Source: Alphaproteobacteria bacterium
GTDB taxonomy: Bacteria; Pseudomonadota; Alphaproteobacteria; Bin95
Length of the DNA stretch: 64,000 bases
Direction: 5' to 3'
Assembly (NCBI GenBank): GCA_038102935.1
Contig: JAYNYG010000006.1
Location: 38,748-102,747 of the forward strand
This document shows, in pieces, positions 28,949 through 38,125 of the stretch. The translations under genes and the position numbers were made by a program. How positions within the stretch are numbered: position 1 is the first letter of the stretch; each line of letters begins with the position of its first letter. The notes under the pieces are model-generated. The model was not told where the DNA came from, made no database searches, and was given only the letters and a program-made list of their open reading frames with translations.

Positions 28949-29251
28949 ATGCGCCTGATGGATTTAGCACGGGTCGTTCGCAGCAAGAATGCAGGGCCGC
29001 TTCATCTGACCTTCGATATCATGCTCGAAACAATGGCGGATTATGAACGCTGCCTCGCGGCGCCTAGTCTCAAGGCAGGGCCGGTTTCTGAAATTTACAG
29101 TGTCTCCGCAAACGCCGTCGTGATCACGCCCTATCCAACGGCGCTTGCGATCAAGATCACCGTGCCAAGGCGTGAAGCTGCGGGCGCGCCGGGGGATCGG
29201 GATGTTTATGGCGCACAACAACATGCGCCTTTGTTGGAGATTGAGGTATGA
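28949..29251 (+). CDS. DUF4387 family protein
   Basis: 100 aa; LARVVRSKNAGP...TFDI...AIKITVPR...GDRDVYGAQQHAPL. Confidence 0.85.
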   Translation: MRLMDLARVVRSKNAGPLHLTFDIMLETMADYERCLAAPSLKAGPVSEIYSVSANAVVITPYPTALAIKITVPRREAAGAPGDRDVYGAQQHAPLLEIEV

Positions 29252-30651
29252 GCGCGATCGCCCGGCTGCGAAAACGGTTTCGCGCCAATCCAGATCAACC
29301 GTTGAAGCTCGTCGGCGCCACCGGGCAATTGGGTTACGGCGTCCCAGAACCCGCTTTCACGGAAGCGTTGGCGCGCATGCCGGATATGATCGGCGCGGAT
29401 ATGGGGTCAACCGATATCGGTCCCACATTCCTCGGCTCGGGCATGATGGCGACGGCAGGCGAACAAACCCGTAAGGACGTAGAAAAATTGCTGCTTGGCG
29501 CTCGTGGGAACGATATTCCACTAATCATCGGCAGCGCTGGGTCTGCAGGGGCTGGGGCGCATCTTGAAGCAACCCTTACAATGATCCGCGACATCGCCGC
29601 CGAGCATGGGCTGACATTCAAATTGGCGGTCATTCGCTCGGACATGGATAGGGGGGCGGTAACGGCGGCAGTCGAGCAGGGCCAGGTTCAGAACATGGGC
29701 GTATTGCCTGATCTGACCGTCGAGGAAGTTCGAGAATGCGCCAATTTGGTCGGGCAGGCCGGAACTGAAGCATTCATACGTGCGCTTGAAACAGAACCAG
29801 ATGTCATCGTCGCAGGGCGGGCCTGCGACACCGGCATCTACGCCTGTATTCCGGAATGGCTTGGATTTCCAACGGGCCTGACAGTGCATATGGCGAAAAT
29901 AGTCGAATGCGCCTCGCTCTGCTGTCTGCCGGGTGGGCGGGATCCGATCATGGCGACGCTTGATCGTGAAGGCTTCGTGCTGGAAAGCATGAACCCGGCG
30001 CGCGCCGCTACGCCAATGTCTGTCGCCGCACACAGCCTCTATGAACAAGCGGATCCGCGCCGGATTACAGAACCAGAAGGCGCTGCGCTGGTTGATACCG
30101 CGACCTACACTGCTGTTGATGATCGCCGAACACGGGTCGAGGGCGCGCGTTGGGAGCCGGCAGAGCAGCTGACGATTAAGCTGGAAGGGGCCCGGTATCT
30201 GGGTGAACGCGCCGTGCTATTAGCTGGATCAGCAGACCCGCGTTTCAACCAGAATGTCAAAACGTTGCTAGAAGAAGTGAAGGATGTGGTGCAGCGCCTG
30301 GTCTGCGAGGATGGGGCAGCGCCAGATTATGACCTGACGTTCCGCACCTACGGCCTGGACGCTGTATTTCCTTGGCCTGATCCGCCTAAAGAGCCGCCCC
30401 GTGAAATCTTCATATTGGGCGAGGTGATTGCGCCGACGATGGATCGTGCGCTCGCAGTCACGAAATCAACGAAGCAATACCTCTTGCATCATGGCTTTCC
30501 AGGCCGTCTTTCGACGAGCGGAAACATCGCGTTTCCGTTTACGCCGCCAGAATTGGCCGCAGGGCCAGCATATCGGTTCAATGCCTATCACTTGATGCAG
30601 GTTGATGATCTGGCGGGGCATTTCCCGGTTGAGGTGGAGCAGGTCGGCTAA
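29248..30651 (+). CDS. Acyclic terpene utilization AtuA-like (DUF1446) protein
   Basis: 467 aa; [50 protein letters not shown]; ATGA overlap with DUF4387. Confidence 0.82.
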   Translation: MSAIARLRKRFRANPDQPLKLVGATGQLGYGVPEPAFTEALARMPDMIGADMGSTDIGPTFLGSGMMATAGEQTRKDVEKLLLGARGNDIPLIIGSAGSAGAGAHLEATLTMIRDIAAEHGLTFKLAVIRSDMDRGAVTAAVEQGQVQNMGVLPDLTVEEVRECANLVGQAGTEAFIRALETEPDVIVAGRACDTGIYACIPEWLGFPTGLTVHMAKIVECASLCCLPGGRDPIMATLDREGFVLESMNPARAATPMSVAAHSLYEQADPRRITEPEGAALVDTATYTAVDDRRTRVEGARWEPAEQLTIKLEGARYLGERAVLLAGSADPRFNQNVKTLLEEVKDVVQRLVCEDGAAPDYDLTFRTYGLDAVFPWPDPPKEPPREIFILGEVIAPTMDRALAVTKSTKQYLLHHGFPGRLSTSGNIAFPFTPPELAAGPAYRFNAYHLMQVDDLAGHFPVEVEQVG

Positions 30652-31742
30652 CGTTGTTGCTCAAAGCCCTCGAGGCTAGCCCAATTGAAGTTGACGCCTG
30701 TGCCGGGTTCGTCTGGCGCCACGCCAAGGCAATTCTCGACCACTAGAGGGCGCGTCGTGTAGCGGTCAATAGGGAAGCTGTGCACTTCGAGCCATCCGGC
30801 ATGCGATTGCGCCGCCAGCAGGCTGACTTGCAGCTCCTGCATCCCATGACTGCAAACAGGAATGCTGTGCTGCTTTGCCAGATCAGCCACCTGAAGCCAG
30901 CCAGTAATCCCGCCGCAATTGGAAGCGTCTGGCTGGATGAAGGACAAGTTGGACTGGGCGAAGGCGTACTCAAACTCGTGGATCGTGTGCAGATTTTCGC
31001 CCATGGCGAGCGGGCATCCTGTGACAGCGGCGATCTCAGCATATCCGCCGTAATTGTCGGGAATAATCGGCTCTTCGAACCAAAGAATATCCTGCTCCAT
31101 GAAGGCGCGGGCGGCAGGGATAGCCTGCTCGACAGAGAGCGCGTAATTCGCATCCACCATGAACGCGACATCTGGCCCAATGAGTTTCCGAACAGCGGTA
31201 GCGCGGGCCGCGTCCTCCTCAAGCTCGGGCTTGCCGACTTTGATTTTGACGGCATTAAAGCCCTGGTCCAGATAGCCTTGGATATTCTGCAATAAGCGTT
31301 CTTGCGTGAAATTGAGATCGATCCCGCCGCAATAGGCTTTCGTGGTGCGGCCCGCGCCGCCCGCCATCTGCCAAAGCGGCTGACCCTTGGCGTGGCCGCG
31401 TAAGTCCCAAAGCGCAATATCGACCGCAGAAATAGCGAATGAGGCGATGCCGCCACGCGCCACATAATGCACATGCCATTGCATAGCGTCATACAGCGCC
31501 TCGACATCATCCGGCGCTTGGCCCTGGAGGAATGGCGCCAAATCATGCTCAATCATAGCCGCAACGGCATACCCGCCGCGCCCGCCGGTATAGCTGTAGC
31601 CTGTTCCAGACCGACCATCATCCAAACGGACGGTCGCCGTAATCAGCTCAAAATGCGTATGAACGCCATGCTTTGCATCCGCCAACGGCTCATCCAGCGG
31701 CACATGGAATAGGCGGGTTTCGATATGGTCGATCTTTGACAT
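30648..31742 (-). CDS. Enolase-superfamily (mandelate racemase subgroup) enzyme, 3,6-anhydrogalactonate cycloisomerase-like
   Basis: 364 aa; KIK, DAN, WFEEP, GENLH, H-GMQEL; [35 protein letters not shown] and [10 protein letters not shown] match Vibrio ACI as I recall it. Confidence 0.8.
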   Translation of the reverse strand: MSKIDHIETRLFHVPLDEPLADAKHGVHTHFELITATVRLDDGRSGTGYSYTGGRGGYAVAAMIEHDLAPFLQGQAPDDVEALYDAMQWHVHYVARGGIASFAISAVDIALWDLRGHAKGQPLWQMAGGAGRTTKAYCGGIDLNFTQERLLQNIQGYLDQGFNAVKIKVGKPELEEDAARATAVRKLIGPDVAFMVDANYALSVEQAIPAARAFMEQDILWFEEPIIPDNYGGYAEIAAVTGCPLAMGENLHTIHEFEYAFAQSNLSFIQPDASNCGGITGWLQVADLAKQHSIPVCSHGMQELQVSLLAAQSHAGWLEVHSFPIDRYTTRPLVVENCLGVAPDEPGTGVNFNWASLEGFEQQR

Positions 31743-31762
31743 GGGTGATCCCTAAGTCGATG

Positions 31763-32569
31763 CTATGCGGCGCGTTTGCGTGATCCGGGGGCAGGCGGGT
31801 CGTTGGGCGGGCCAGCGAAGCATTGCGCCTGCGCCATCCAGGCCGTGGCGTTAGGGCCGGTCACGCTTAACCTAACGTCCTGGATATTCCGAGTTTGCGC
31901 GACGACCTGACAGAAATCTGTAGCAGGACCCTCGATGCGTTCTCCAGGGGGCGCGGTCTCAGCATTCCATTCCCAAATGTCGCCCGAAGGCGCAGTTAGG
32001 CGAATATGCGGGGCGGGGCCTGGCTGTTCCTCCCCGCGATTGTTAAAGGTCCAGCCGTATGTGATGGTGCCCAGATGCGCAATCGCTCGGATGCCGTCAT
32101 GATCCTTGCGCTCAACACCGAGCAGATCGTATATCGCCTGGGAATGGGACCATGTTTCCATTAACCGGGCCGTAATGCTGGACCGGGCGCTCATATCCGG
32201 GCCAACCCATTTTACCCGAAGCCTTGGATCAGCATCTGCATAAGCGGCAGCCGTTTTGCTTGAGGATTCACGCCATGCAGCGGCGAGGGCCGTGCCATTC
32301 AGGCCGTTGACCCAGCGCCGTTGGAATTCAAGCATTGTCTCACCGCCATCTTGCGCTTTCCGCCGCGCGGCGCGGGCCTCGGCATAGACGTCGGGCTCCA
32401 TCAGAGTCTGCCGGGCGGAGGTATCGCCCATATAGAGGTGGGACAGGATGTCGTTGAGCGTCCAGGCCTTGAAAGCCGTTGCGCGCTCGAAATCCGCATC
32501 GCTGAGCGGCGCCAGCAGGTCCGCCAATCCGGCGCACTCTGTATCAAAGTCCTGTGCTTCAGCGATCAT
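31763..32569 (-). CDS. TIGR03084-type MDMPI/DinB-superfamily metal-binding protein
   Basis: 268 aa; WTLNDILSHL, WVGPDMSARSSITARLMETWSH, FCQVVAQTRN, AQCFAGPP. Confidence 0.8.
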   Translation of the reverse strand: MIAEAQDFDTECAGLADLLAPLSDADFERATAFKAWTLNDILSHLYMGDTSARQTLMEPDVYAEARAARRKAQDGGETMLEFQRRWVNGLNGTALAAAWRESSSKTAAAYADADPRLRVKWVGPDMSARSSITARLMETWSHSQAIYDLLGVERKDHDGIRAIAHLGTITYGWTFNNRGEEQPGPAPHIRLTAPSGDIWEWNAETAPPGERIEGPATDFCQVVAQTRNIQDVRLSVTGPNATAWMAQAQCFAGPPNDPPAPGSRKRAA

Positions 32570-32699
32570 CTGAATCTCCTTGGGGTCAAATTACTTTCAA
32601 GAGAAAGTTTCGCCGAAGTCGGTTCATGGACGCAAGCTGGCGTTTCAGGCGCTTGCGGGGCAAACTGACATATCGCTTGCAGCAAGGGGGAGGGCCGAA

Positions 32700-33377
32700 A
32701 TGCCCATCGGTTTTCGGATTTCAAAGAACACGGACAAGGTCTCGGCGGATTTGGTCGCGCAATATGTGCATATGCCGGTCGCGAATGTGTCGGACAGCAT
32801 GTCCCGGATGACGGCTGGCGGCTCCAGGCTTCGACCAATGCATGCGTCTGGCCAGCTTTCTGGCCCGGCGCTCACGGTCAAGACGCGGCCCGGCGACAAC
32901 CTCATGCTGCATAAAGCGATTGATATGGCGGACCCTGGCGATGTAATCGTGTGCGATGGCGGCGGAGATCTCACGAATTCGCTGATGGGCGAAATCATGC
33001 TTGCCCACGCCATGTCACGCGGTGTCGCCGGGTTTGTGCTGGACGGCGCGATCCGGGATTTGGATGCATTCCAGAAGCGCAATCTGCCGGTCTTCGCGGC
33101 AGGCGTGAGCCATCGCGGCCCCTATAAGGATGGCCCCGGTGAGATCGGCTACGCCATCGCCATCGACGGCATGGTCATTCAGCCGGGTGATCTGATGATC
33201 GGCGATTGGGATGGTTGCTTATGCGTGCCGAAGGCCGATGCCGCGTCCGTGCTGAAAGCCACAGAAGCCAAGAACGCGGCAGAGGTTCAGCAATTTGCCG
33301 ATATTGATGCGAACAAGGCCGATCGCGCCTGGGTCGATGAAAGCTTGAAGCGCCTCGGCTGCAGCTTCGAGAACTAG
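32700..33377 (+). CDS. RraA family protein (HMG-aldolase-like)
   Basis: VANVSDSM, GPALTV..RPGDNLMLH, PGDVIV.DGGG, GEIM, DGAIRD, VIQPGDLMIGDWDG; start taken as ATG 32700 (RBS GGGAG). Confidence 0.88.
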   Translation: MPIGFRISKNTDKVSADLVAQYVHMPVANVSDSMSRMTAGGSRLRPMHASGQLSGPALTVKTRPGDNLMLHKAIDMADPGDVIVCDGGGDLTNSLMGEIMLAHAMSRGVAGFVLDGAIRDLDAFQKRNLPVFAAGVSHRGPYKDGPGEIGYAIAIDGMVIQPGDLMIGDWDGCLCVPKADAASVLKATEAKNAAEVQQFADIDANKADRAWVDESLKRLGCSFEN

Positions 33378-34312
33378 GTGTTTAGATAATTCAGCGGCAG
33401 ACCCGCCGTCGGCCATTCGCAGGAAACGAGGGTTCCGCCGCGCGATAGAGTGATGAAAGCCGTTTTTAGGCCGGCGCCGCCGAAGCAGATGTTGGTGGTA
33501 TACGGGTCTGGCATCGGTACGTGATCAACGCCGGAGCCGTCTGGCGCGATCACGGTGATGCCGCCATCCATAAGCGTCGCCACGCAGATATTACCCTCAG
33601 CATCCACGGCTAGACTGTCGAAGTTGCGGAACCCTGTCGTACCGCCGACAAGCCTGCCGCCATGGGGCGAGGGCCAAGGCTGACGTTTAATCTTGCCAGG
33701 GCTCTCGATATCGAAGGCCCATAAGCGGCCCGTTTGCGTTTCTGCCGCATAGACTGTGCTTTCGTCTGGGGAAAGGCCAATGCCATTGGCGGTAATCAGC
33801 GGGAAGGCGACTTCTTCGATATGGCTCCCGTCAATTGACGCGTAGTAGAGGCCAGAGCGGTCCCAATCCCGGTCCCGCGTTTTGCCAAGATCCGTGAAAT
33901 ACATGCCGCCTTGGCGGTCGAACACAATGTCATTCGGCCCGCAGAGCTTATTCTCACCGCATGCCGTGTAAAGCGTCGTCACGGCGGCGGATTGCAGGTC
34001 AACGCGATCAATCGAACCGTTTGTATAGCTGTAGGCCTGTCGGACCGGGCGAATGCCGCTATCGTCCTTATGGAATTCGAACCCACCATTGTTGCAGATA
34101 TAGATCGCGCCATCTGGCCCGAGCGCCGCGCCGTTGGGGCCGCCTGGGACTTCGGCAATCACTTCGACCTTGCCGTCCGGCATAACGCGGGACAGCGTTT
34201 GGCGTTCGATTTCCACAAGAATCACGGAGCCATCCGGCATCGCAATCGGGCCTTCTGGGAAGCGAAGGCCAGTCGCGATAGTCGTCAAAGTCGGGGTTGA
34301 TAGCGTCGCCAT
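33374..34312 (-). CDS. SMP-30/gluconolactonase/LRE family protein
   Basis: FPEGP, GPNG, GPNDIVFD, ANGIGLSPD, FDSLAVD, TTNICFGG; start taken as ATG 34312. Confidence 0.9.
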   Translation of the reverse strand: MATLSTPTLTTIATGLRFPEGPIAMPDGSVILVEIERQTLSRVMPDGKVEVIAEVPGGPNGAALGPDGAIYICNNGGFEFHKDDSGIRPVRQAYSYTNGSIDRVDLQSAAVTTLYTACGENKLCGPNDIVFDRQGGMYFTDLGKTRDRDWDRSGLYYASIDGSHIEEVAFPLITANGIGLSPDESTVYAAETQTGRLWAFDIESPGKIKRQPWPSPHGGRLVGGTTGFRNFDSLAVDAEGNICVATLMDGGITVIAPDGSGVDHVPMPDPYTTNICFGGAGLKTAFITLSRGGTLVSCEWPTAGLPLNYLNT

Positions 34313-34324
34313 GTCGTTCAATCC

Positions 34325-35488
34325 TTATCGTAAGCCAAGACCGCGGGCGATAATGCCGCGGAGCACCTCGCGCGTGCCGCCTTGAATGGTGAGTTTGGGC
34401 GCGATGTGCGTCGTATAGCGCATTACATCTTCATAGGCCGTATCATTTGGGGAGGGTGCGCGCACGCCGTCTGGCGCTATGAGGCGCATCCGGTTAGGCA
34501 ACGCCTGCTCCCAGTTGGTGCCAAGGTCCTTAACAACCGCAGCTTCCGTCATGGGCGTCTCGCCCGCCTGCAGCATCCCAGCGACAGAGGCTGACATGCG
34601 CCGGAGCGTCATCAGATGCGCCACATCCCGGCCAAGTGTTTCGGCAGTGCGATCATCTGGGATTGGTCCAGAGATGCGGATGCCAGCATTGAGCGCAAAA
34701 ATGGTTTCAAGCCAGCGATCCGGGCCGGAGCGTTCATAGGCCAACTCGTCGGTCGCTTGCTTCCAGGCCTCATCGGGCCTGCCGATGACATGCGCCTCCG
34801 GCACGAAGGCGTCATCGAAATGCACCTCGTTGAAATCATGATGGCCGGCGAGGTTGATGATCGGGCGCACGGTAATGCCTGGCGTATCCATCTTGATCAG
34901 AAACTGCGTCAGGCCATGACGCCGGTTCTCTGCGGTCGGCTGCGATGTTCTGATTAGCCCGATCATGTAATGCGTGCGATGGGCGTTGGATGTCCAGATT
35001 TTCGTCCCGGCGACCTTGTAGCCGCCATCGACTTTCGTTGCTTTGGTCGATGCAGCGAACAGGTCAGAGCCGGAGTTTGGTTCTGACAAACCAATGCAGA
35101 AATATGTCTCGCCGCGCACAATCTCTGGGATCAGCTTTCGCTTGATCTGTTCCTGGCCAAATTTCAGCAATACCGGGCCGGATTGCCTGTCCGCCACCCA
35201 ATGTGCACGAACCGGGGCGCCATGGGCCAAGAATTCTTCCGTCAGCACGTAGCGTTCGATCTGCGTCCTACCGTGGCCGCCGTATTCCTTAGGCCAAGTC
35301 AGGCCGATCCAGCCTTTAGCGCCAATCTTACGGCTGAATTCCGGGCTGAAGTTAGACGCCATATCACCAGAGCCGGGGGTGAATGTTCCAGCATCAATTT
35401 CTGCCCGAAGGAACGCGCGCACTTCTTGCCGGAGCGCTTCAGCTTCCGGTGGGAATTGCATAGGATCAAAGCGGAATGTGTAGGACAT
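34325..35488 (-). CDS. Acyl-CoA dehydrogenase family protein
   Basis: WPKEYGG, FCIGLSEPNSGSDL, GTKIWTS, FNEVHFDD, ELAYERSG, TIQGGTREVLR; start taken as ATG 35488. Confidence 0.92.
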   Translation of the reverse strand: MSYTFRFDPMQFPPEAEALRQEVRAFLRAEIDAGTFTPGSGDMASNFSPEFSRKIGAKGWIGLTWPKEYGGHGRTQIERYVLTEEFLAHGAPVRAHWVADRQSGPVLLKFGQEQIKRKLIPEIVRGETYFCIGLSEPNSGSDLFAASTKATKVDGGYKVAGTKIWTSNAHRTHYMIGLIRTSQPTAENRRHGLTQFLIKMDTPGITVRPIINLAGHHDFNEVHFDDAFVPEAHVIGRPDEAWKQATDELAYERSGPDRWLETIFALNAGIRISGPIPDDRTAETLGRDVAHLMTLRRMSASVAGMLQAGETPMTEAAVVKDLGTNWEQALPNRMRLIAPDGVRAPSPNDTAYEDVMRYTTHIAPKLTIQGGTREVLRGIIARGLGLR

Positions 35489-35499
35489 GATCGAATGCC

Positions 35500-36531
35500 T
35501 TAGCCTTTCCGACCCGCGTCGAACCCAGCGAAGAATGAAGTTAGATTGGGGCCAAGACCGTCGCAATCGTAGCCGCCCTCTTGAACAAGCAGCGTTGGCA
35601 AGCCAAGCGCGGCTATGCGTTTCGCCACTTCGCCAAACCCGCTCGTGGTGACTCTCAGATAGCCAATCGGGTCATTCTCAAATGCGTCGAAGCCAAGGCT
35701 GATCAGCAATGCGCCCGGATTATGCGCCCGGATTGCTTCAAACGCCTTGTCGAGCGACCCCATGAACACATCGTCACCGCTGTTCTGCGCCATTGGGAAA
35801 TTGGCCGTTTTACCTGCTCCAGCGCCTTCGCCTGTTTCGTCGATATAGCCTGCGAAGAACGGGAAATAGTCCGAAGGATCGCCATGGAGCGATGCGAACA
35901 GCACATCGCCACGATCATAGAAAATGCCCTGGGTGCCATTCCCGTGATGCACATCGACATCAAGGATCGCCAGTTTATCCCACTTGCTCCGCATATGCTG
36001 TGCGGCGATGGCGATGTTGTTCAGATAGCAGAACCCGCCTGCCAAATCCTGAAAGGCATGATGCCCCGGCGGCCGGCAGAGCGCATAGGCTTCATTGGCG
36101 CCCGCCATTACAGCGCCTGCCGCCGTTAACGCGATGTCAGCGGATGTCTTGGCCGCACTCCAAGTCCCCTCAGCGATTGGCGCTGAGTTCGTCGCCATGT
36201 AGTACCCGGCCTGTCCCATGATGCTAGTCGGCTTGCCTGTCATGCGGCGGTTGGGCTGAGCGTAGGGGTGAACATAGGGCGTTGGATCAGGCAGGGCCTG
36301 CCAGCGCGGCCAAGCGGATTCAAGGAAAGCCAAATAATCAGTGTCATGGATCGCATCAATCGGCGCCATGCCGTGGGCCGTTGGCGATTGCAGATCATGC
36401 CCGCCAGCCTTCGCCGCCTTCAGCAATTCCTCTGCCCTGCGCGCGATCTCGACATGAGGGACATGGCGGCCGCGGCTGATGATTTCAGCCGGTTGATGTT
36501 GCAGATGGGCGTCGTCATGTACGACCAGCAT
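35500..36531 (-). CDS. Histone deacetylase family protein (acetylpolyamine amidohydrolase-like)
   Basis: RPPGHHA, GFCYLNN, LDVDVHHGNGTQ, SLHG, SLGFD, QEGGY; start taken as ATG 36531. Confidence 0.92.
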   Translation of the reverse strand: MLVVHDDAHLQHQPAEIISRGRHVPHVEIARRAEELLKAAKAGGHDLQSPTAHGMAPIDAIHDTDYLAFLESAWPRWQALPDPTPYVHPYAQPNRRMTGKPTSIMGQAGYYMATNSAPIAEGTWSAAKTSADIALTAAGAVMAGANEAYALCRPPGHHAFQDLAGGFCYLNNIAIAAQHMRSKWDKLAILDVDVHHGNGTQGIFYDRGDVLFASLHGDPSDYFPFFAGYIDETGEGAGAGKTANFPMAQNSGDDVFMGSLDKAFEAIRAHNPGALLISLGFDAFENDPIGYLRVTTSGFGEVAKRIAALGLPTLLVQEGGYDCDGLGPNLTSFFAGFDAGRKG

Positions 36532-36621
36532 GGGGCATATCCTATATTCGTGTTCCAGAGGCATCGTAGGCGCCGACTCAAGGGCTGGCAACGGCGGGCA
36601 GGGGCGGCTATATCGTGACGT

Positions 36622-37293
36622 ATGCCGATAAAAACAACCGAAATTGATGTTTGGGTTTTTGACCTGGACAACACGCTCTACAACCCCCGCCGGTCAGACC
36701 TGATGCCGCAAATGCATGTCCGCATGCAGAAGTTCATCATGGCCGAATTTGGCGTGGATTTGACTGAGGCCGACCGCCGCCGCCAGTTCTATTTCGAAGA
36801 ATATGGCACCACGCTGCGCGGTTTGATGGAACATCATGGCATGGACCCTGAAAAGTTCCTGCCCTACTGCCACGAGCTTGATCTCTCAGAGATGTTAAAT
36901 GATCACGCCTTGGATAATGCGCTGTCGGCGCTTCCGGGCCGCAAGGTGATCTACACGAACGCGACCCGTCGTCACGCGGCGAACGTGTTGGGGCGCTTGG
37001 GCATCGAGCGGCATTTTGAGGCGATGTTTGATATCGCCGACGCTGATTACATGCCGAAGCCGCATATTTCCTCCTACGAAACATTCTTGGCCGCGCATAA
37101 TGTCGATCCGAACCGCGCCGTGATGTTCGAAGATACCGCGAAGAACCTAAAACCTGCCGCTGATCTTGGGATGCGCACGGTATGGCTCAGGAATGACCGG
37201 CCTGGCGCACAGCCTAATGGCGAAGACGACAGCCATATCCATCATGAAGCAGATGAACTCTCGGACTTCTTGAAAGACGTTCTGGCGGCATAG
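36622..37293 (+). CDS. Pyrimidine 5'-nucleotidase (HAD superfamily)
   Basis: 223 aa; FDLDNTLY, YGTTLRGL, IYTN, PKP, MFED. Confidence 0.9.
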   Translation: MPIKTTEIDVWVFDLDNTLYNPRRSDLMPQMHVRMQKFIMAEFGVDLTEADRRRQFYFEEYGTTLRGLMEHHGMDPEKFLPYCHELDLSEMLNDHALDNALSALPGRKVIYTNATRRHAANVLGRLGIERHFEAMFDIADADYMPKPHISSYETFLAAHNVDPNRAVMFEDTAKNLKPAADLGMRTVWLRNDRPGAQPNGEDDSHIHHEADELSDFLKDVLAA

Positions 37294-37349
37294 CGCGCTC
37301 ACCGCAGCCTGTGTTGTAATCCTCGCCGGAATTTCAATGGGAGGGTTAG

Positions 37350-38120
37350 ATGGACGTTTCAGGCAAAGTGTGTGTGGTGACAGGCGCTAGCGGCGGTATT
37401 GGGTCCGCCGTTTCGAAAGCATTGATGGCGGCAGGGGCCAAAGGTGTGGCCATGGCGGACCTGAACGCCGAAAAGCTCCAGGCATCGGCGGATGAGATTG
37501 GCGGCTTGGCGGTTCCGACGGATGTATCGGACGAAGCTGCGATCCAGGCGCTTGTCGCTAAGGCGGAAGAATCGCTTGGGCCTGTTGATCTCTTCGTCTC
37601 TAACGCAGGCATCAGCCCAAAGCCAATCCGCGATGATAATGACCATTGGGATCAGCAATGGCGCGTCCATGTGATGGCGCATCTCTTCGCCGCACGCGCC
37701 GTAGCGCCAGGCATGGCGGCACGGGGCGGCGGCAAGCTCGTGAATGTGGCGTCCGCCGCCGGTATCCTAATGCAGATGAATTCCGCCGTTTATACCGCCA
37801 CCAAACACGGCGCGGTTGGCTTGGCGGAATGGCTCGCGGTGGAGTGGGCGCCGAAGGGCGTTAGCGTATCCGTCGTCTGCCCGCTGCGCGTTGCGACGCC
37901 GATGACGGAAGGCATGCCGGATAGCGGCACCGTGCGGGATGGCGTCATGACGGCAGATGATGCCGCTGGGGCGATCCTTGAGGGCATCGCTGATGATCGC
38001 TTCATGATCTATACGCACCCGCCAGCGGGCATGTACTGGGCCAAGAAAGCATCCGATCCAGAACGTTGGATCAAAGGCATGACGTCACTTAAGCAGAAGA
38101 TCGCGCCCGGCGAGGAGTAA
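37350..38120 (+). CDS. Short-chain dehydrogenase/reductase (SDR)
   Basis: 256 aa; TGASGGIG, SNAG, ASAAG, YTATKHG (YxxxK). Confidence 0.92.
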   Translation: MDVSGKVCVVTGASGGIGSAVSKALMAAGAKGVAMADLNAEKLQASADEIGGLAVPTDVSDEAAIQALVAKAEESLGPVDLFVSNAGISPKPIRDDNDHWDQQWRVHVMAHLFAARAVAPGMAARGGGKLVNVASAAGILMQMNSAVYTATKHGAVGLAEWLAVEWAPKGVSVSVVCPLRVATPMTEGMPDSGTVRDGVMTADDAAGAILEGIADDRFMIYTHPPAGMYWAKKASDPERWIKGMTSLKQKIAPGEE

Positions 38121-38125
38121 AGCCT

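Noticed and set aside
32639-32657. Possible sigma54 promoter (GG-N10-GC) before the rraA-like gene
   Set aside because: Lacks the CAC and TT consensus positions; expected by chance at this GC content
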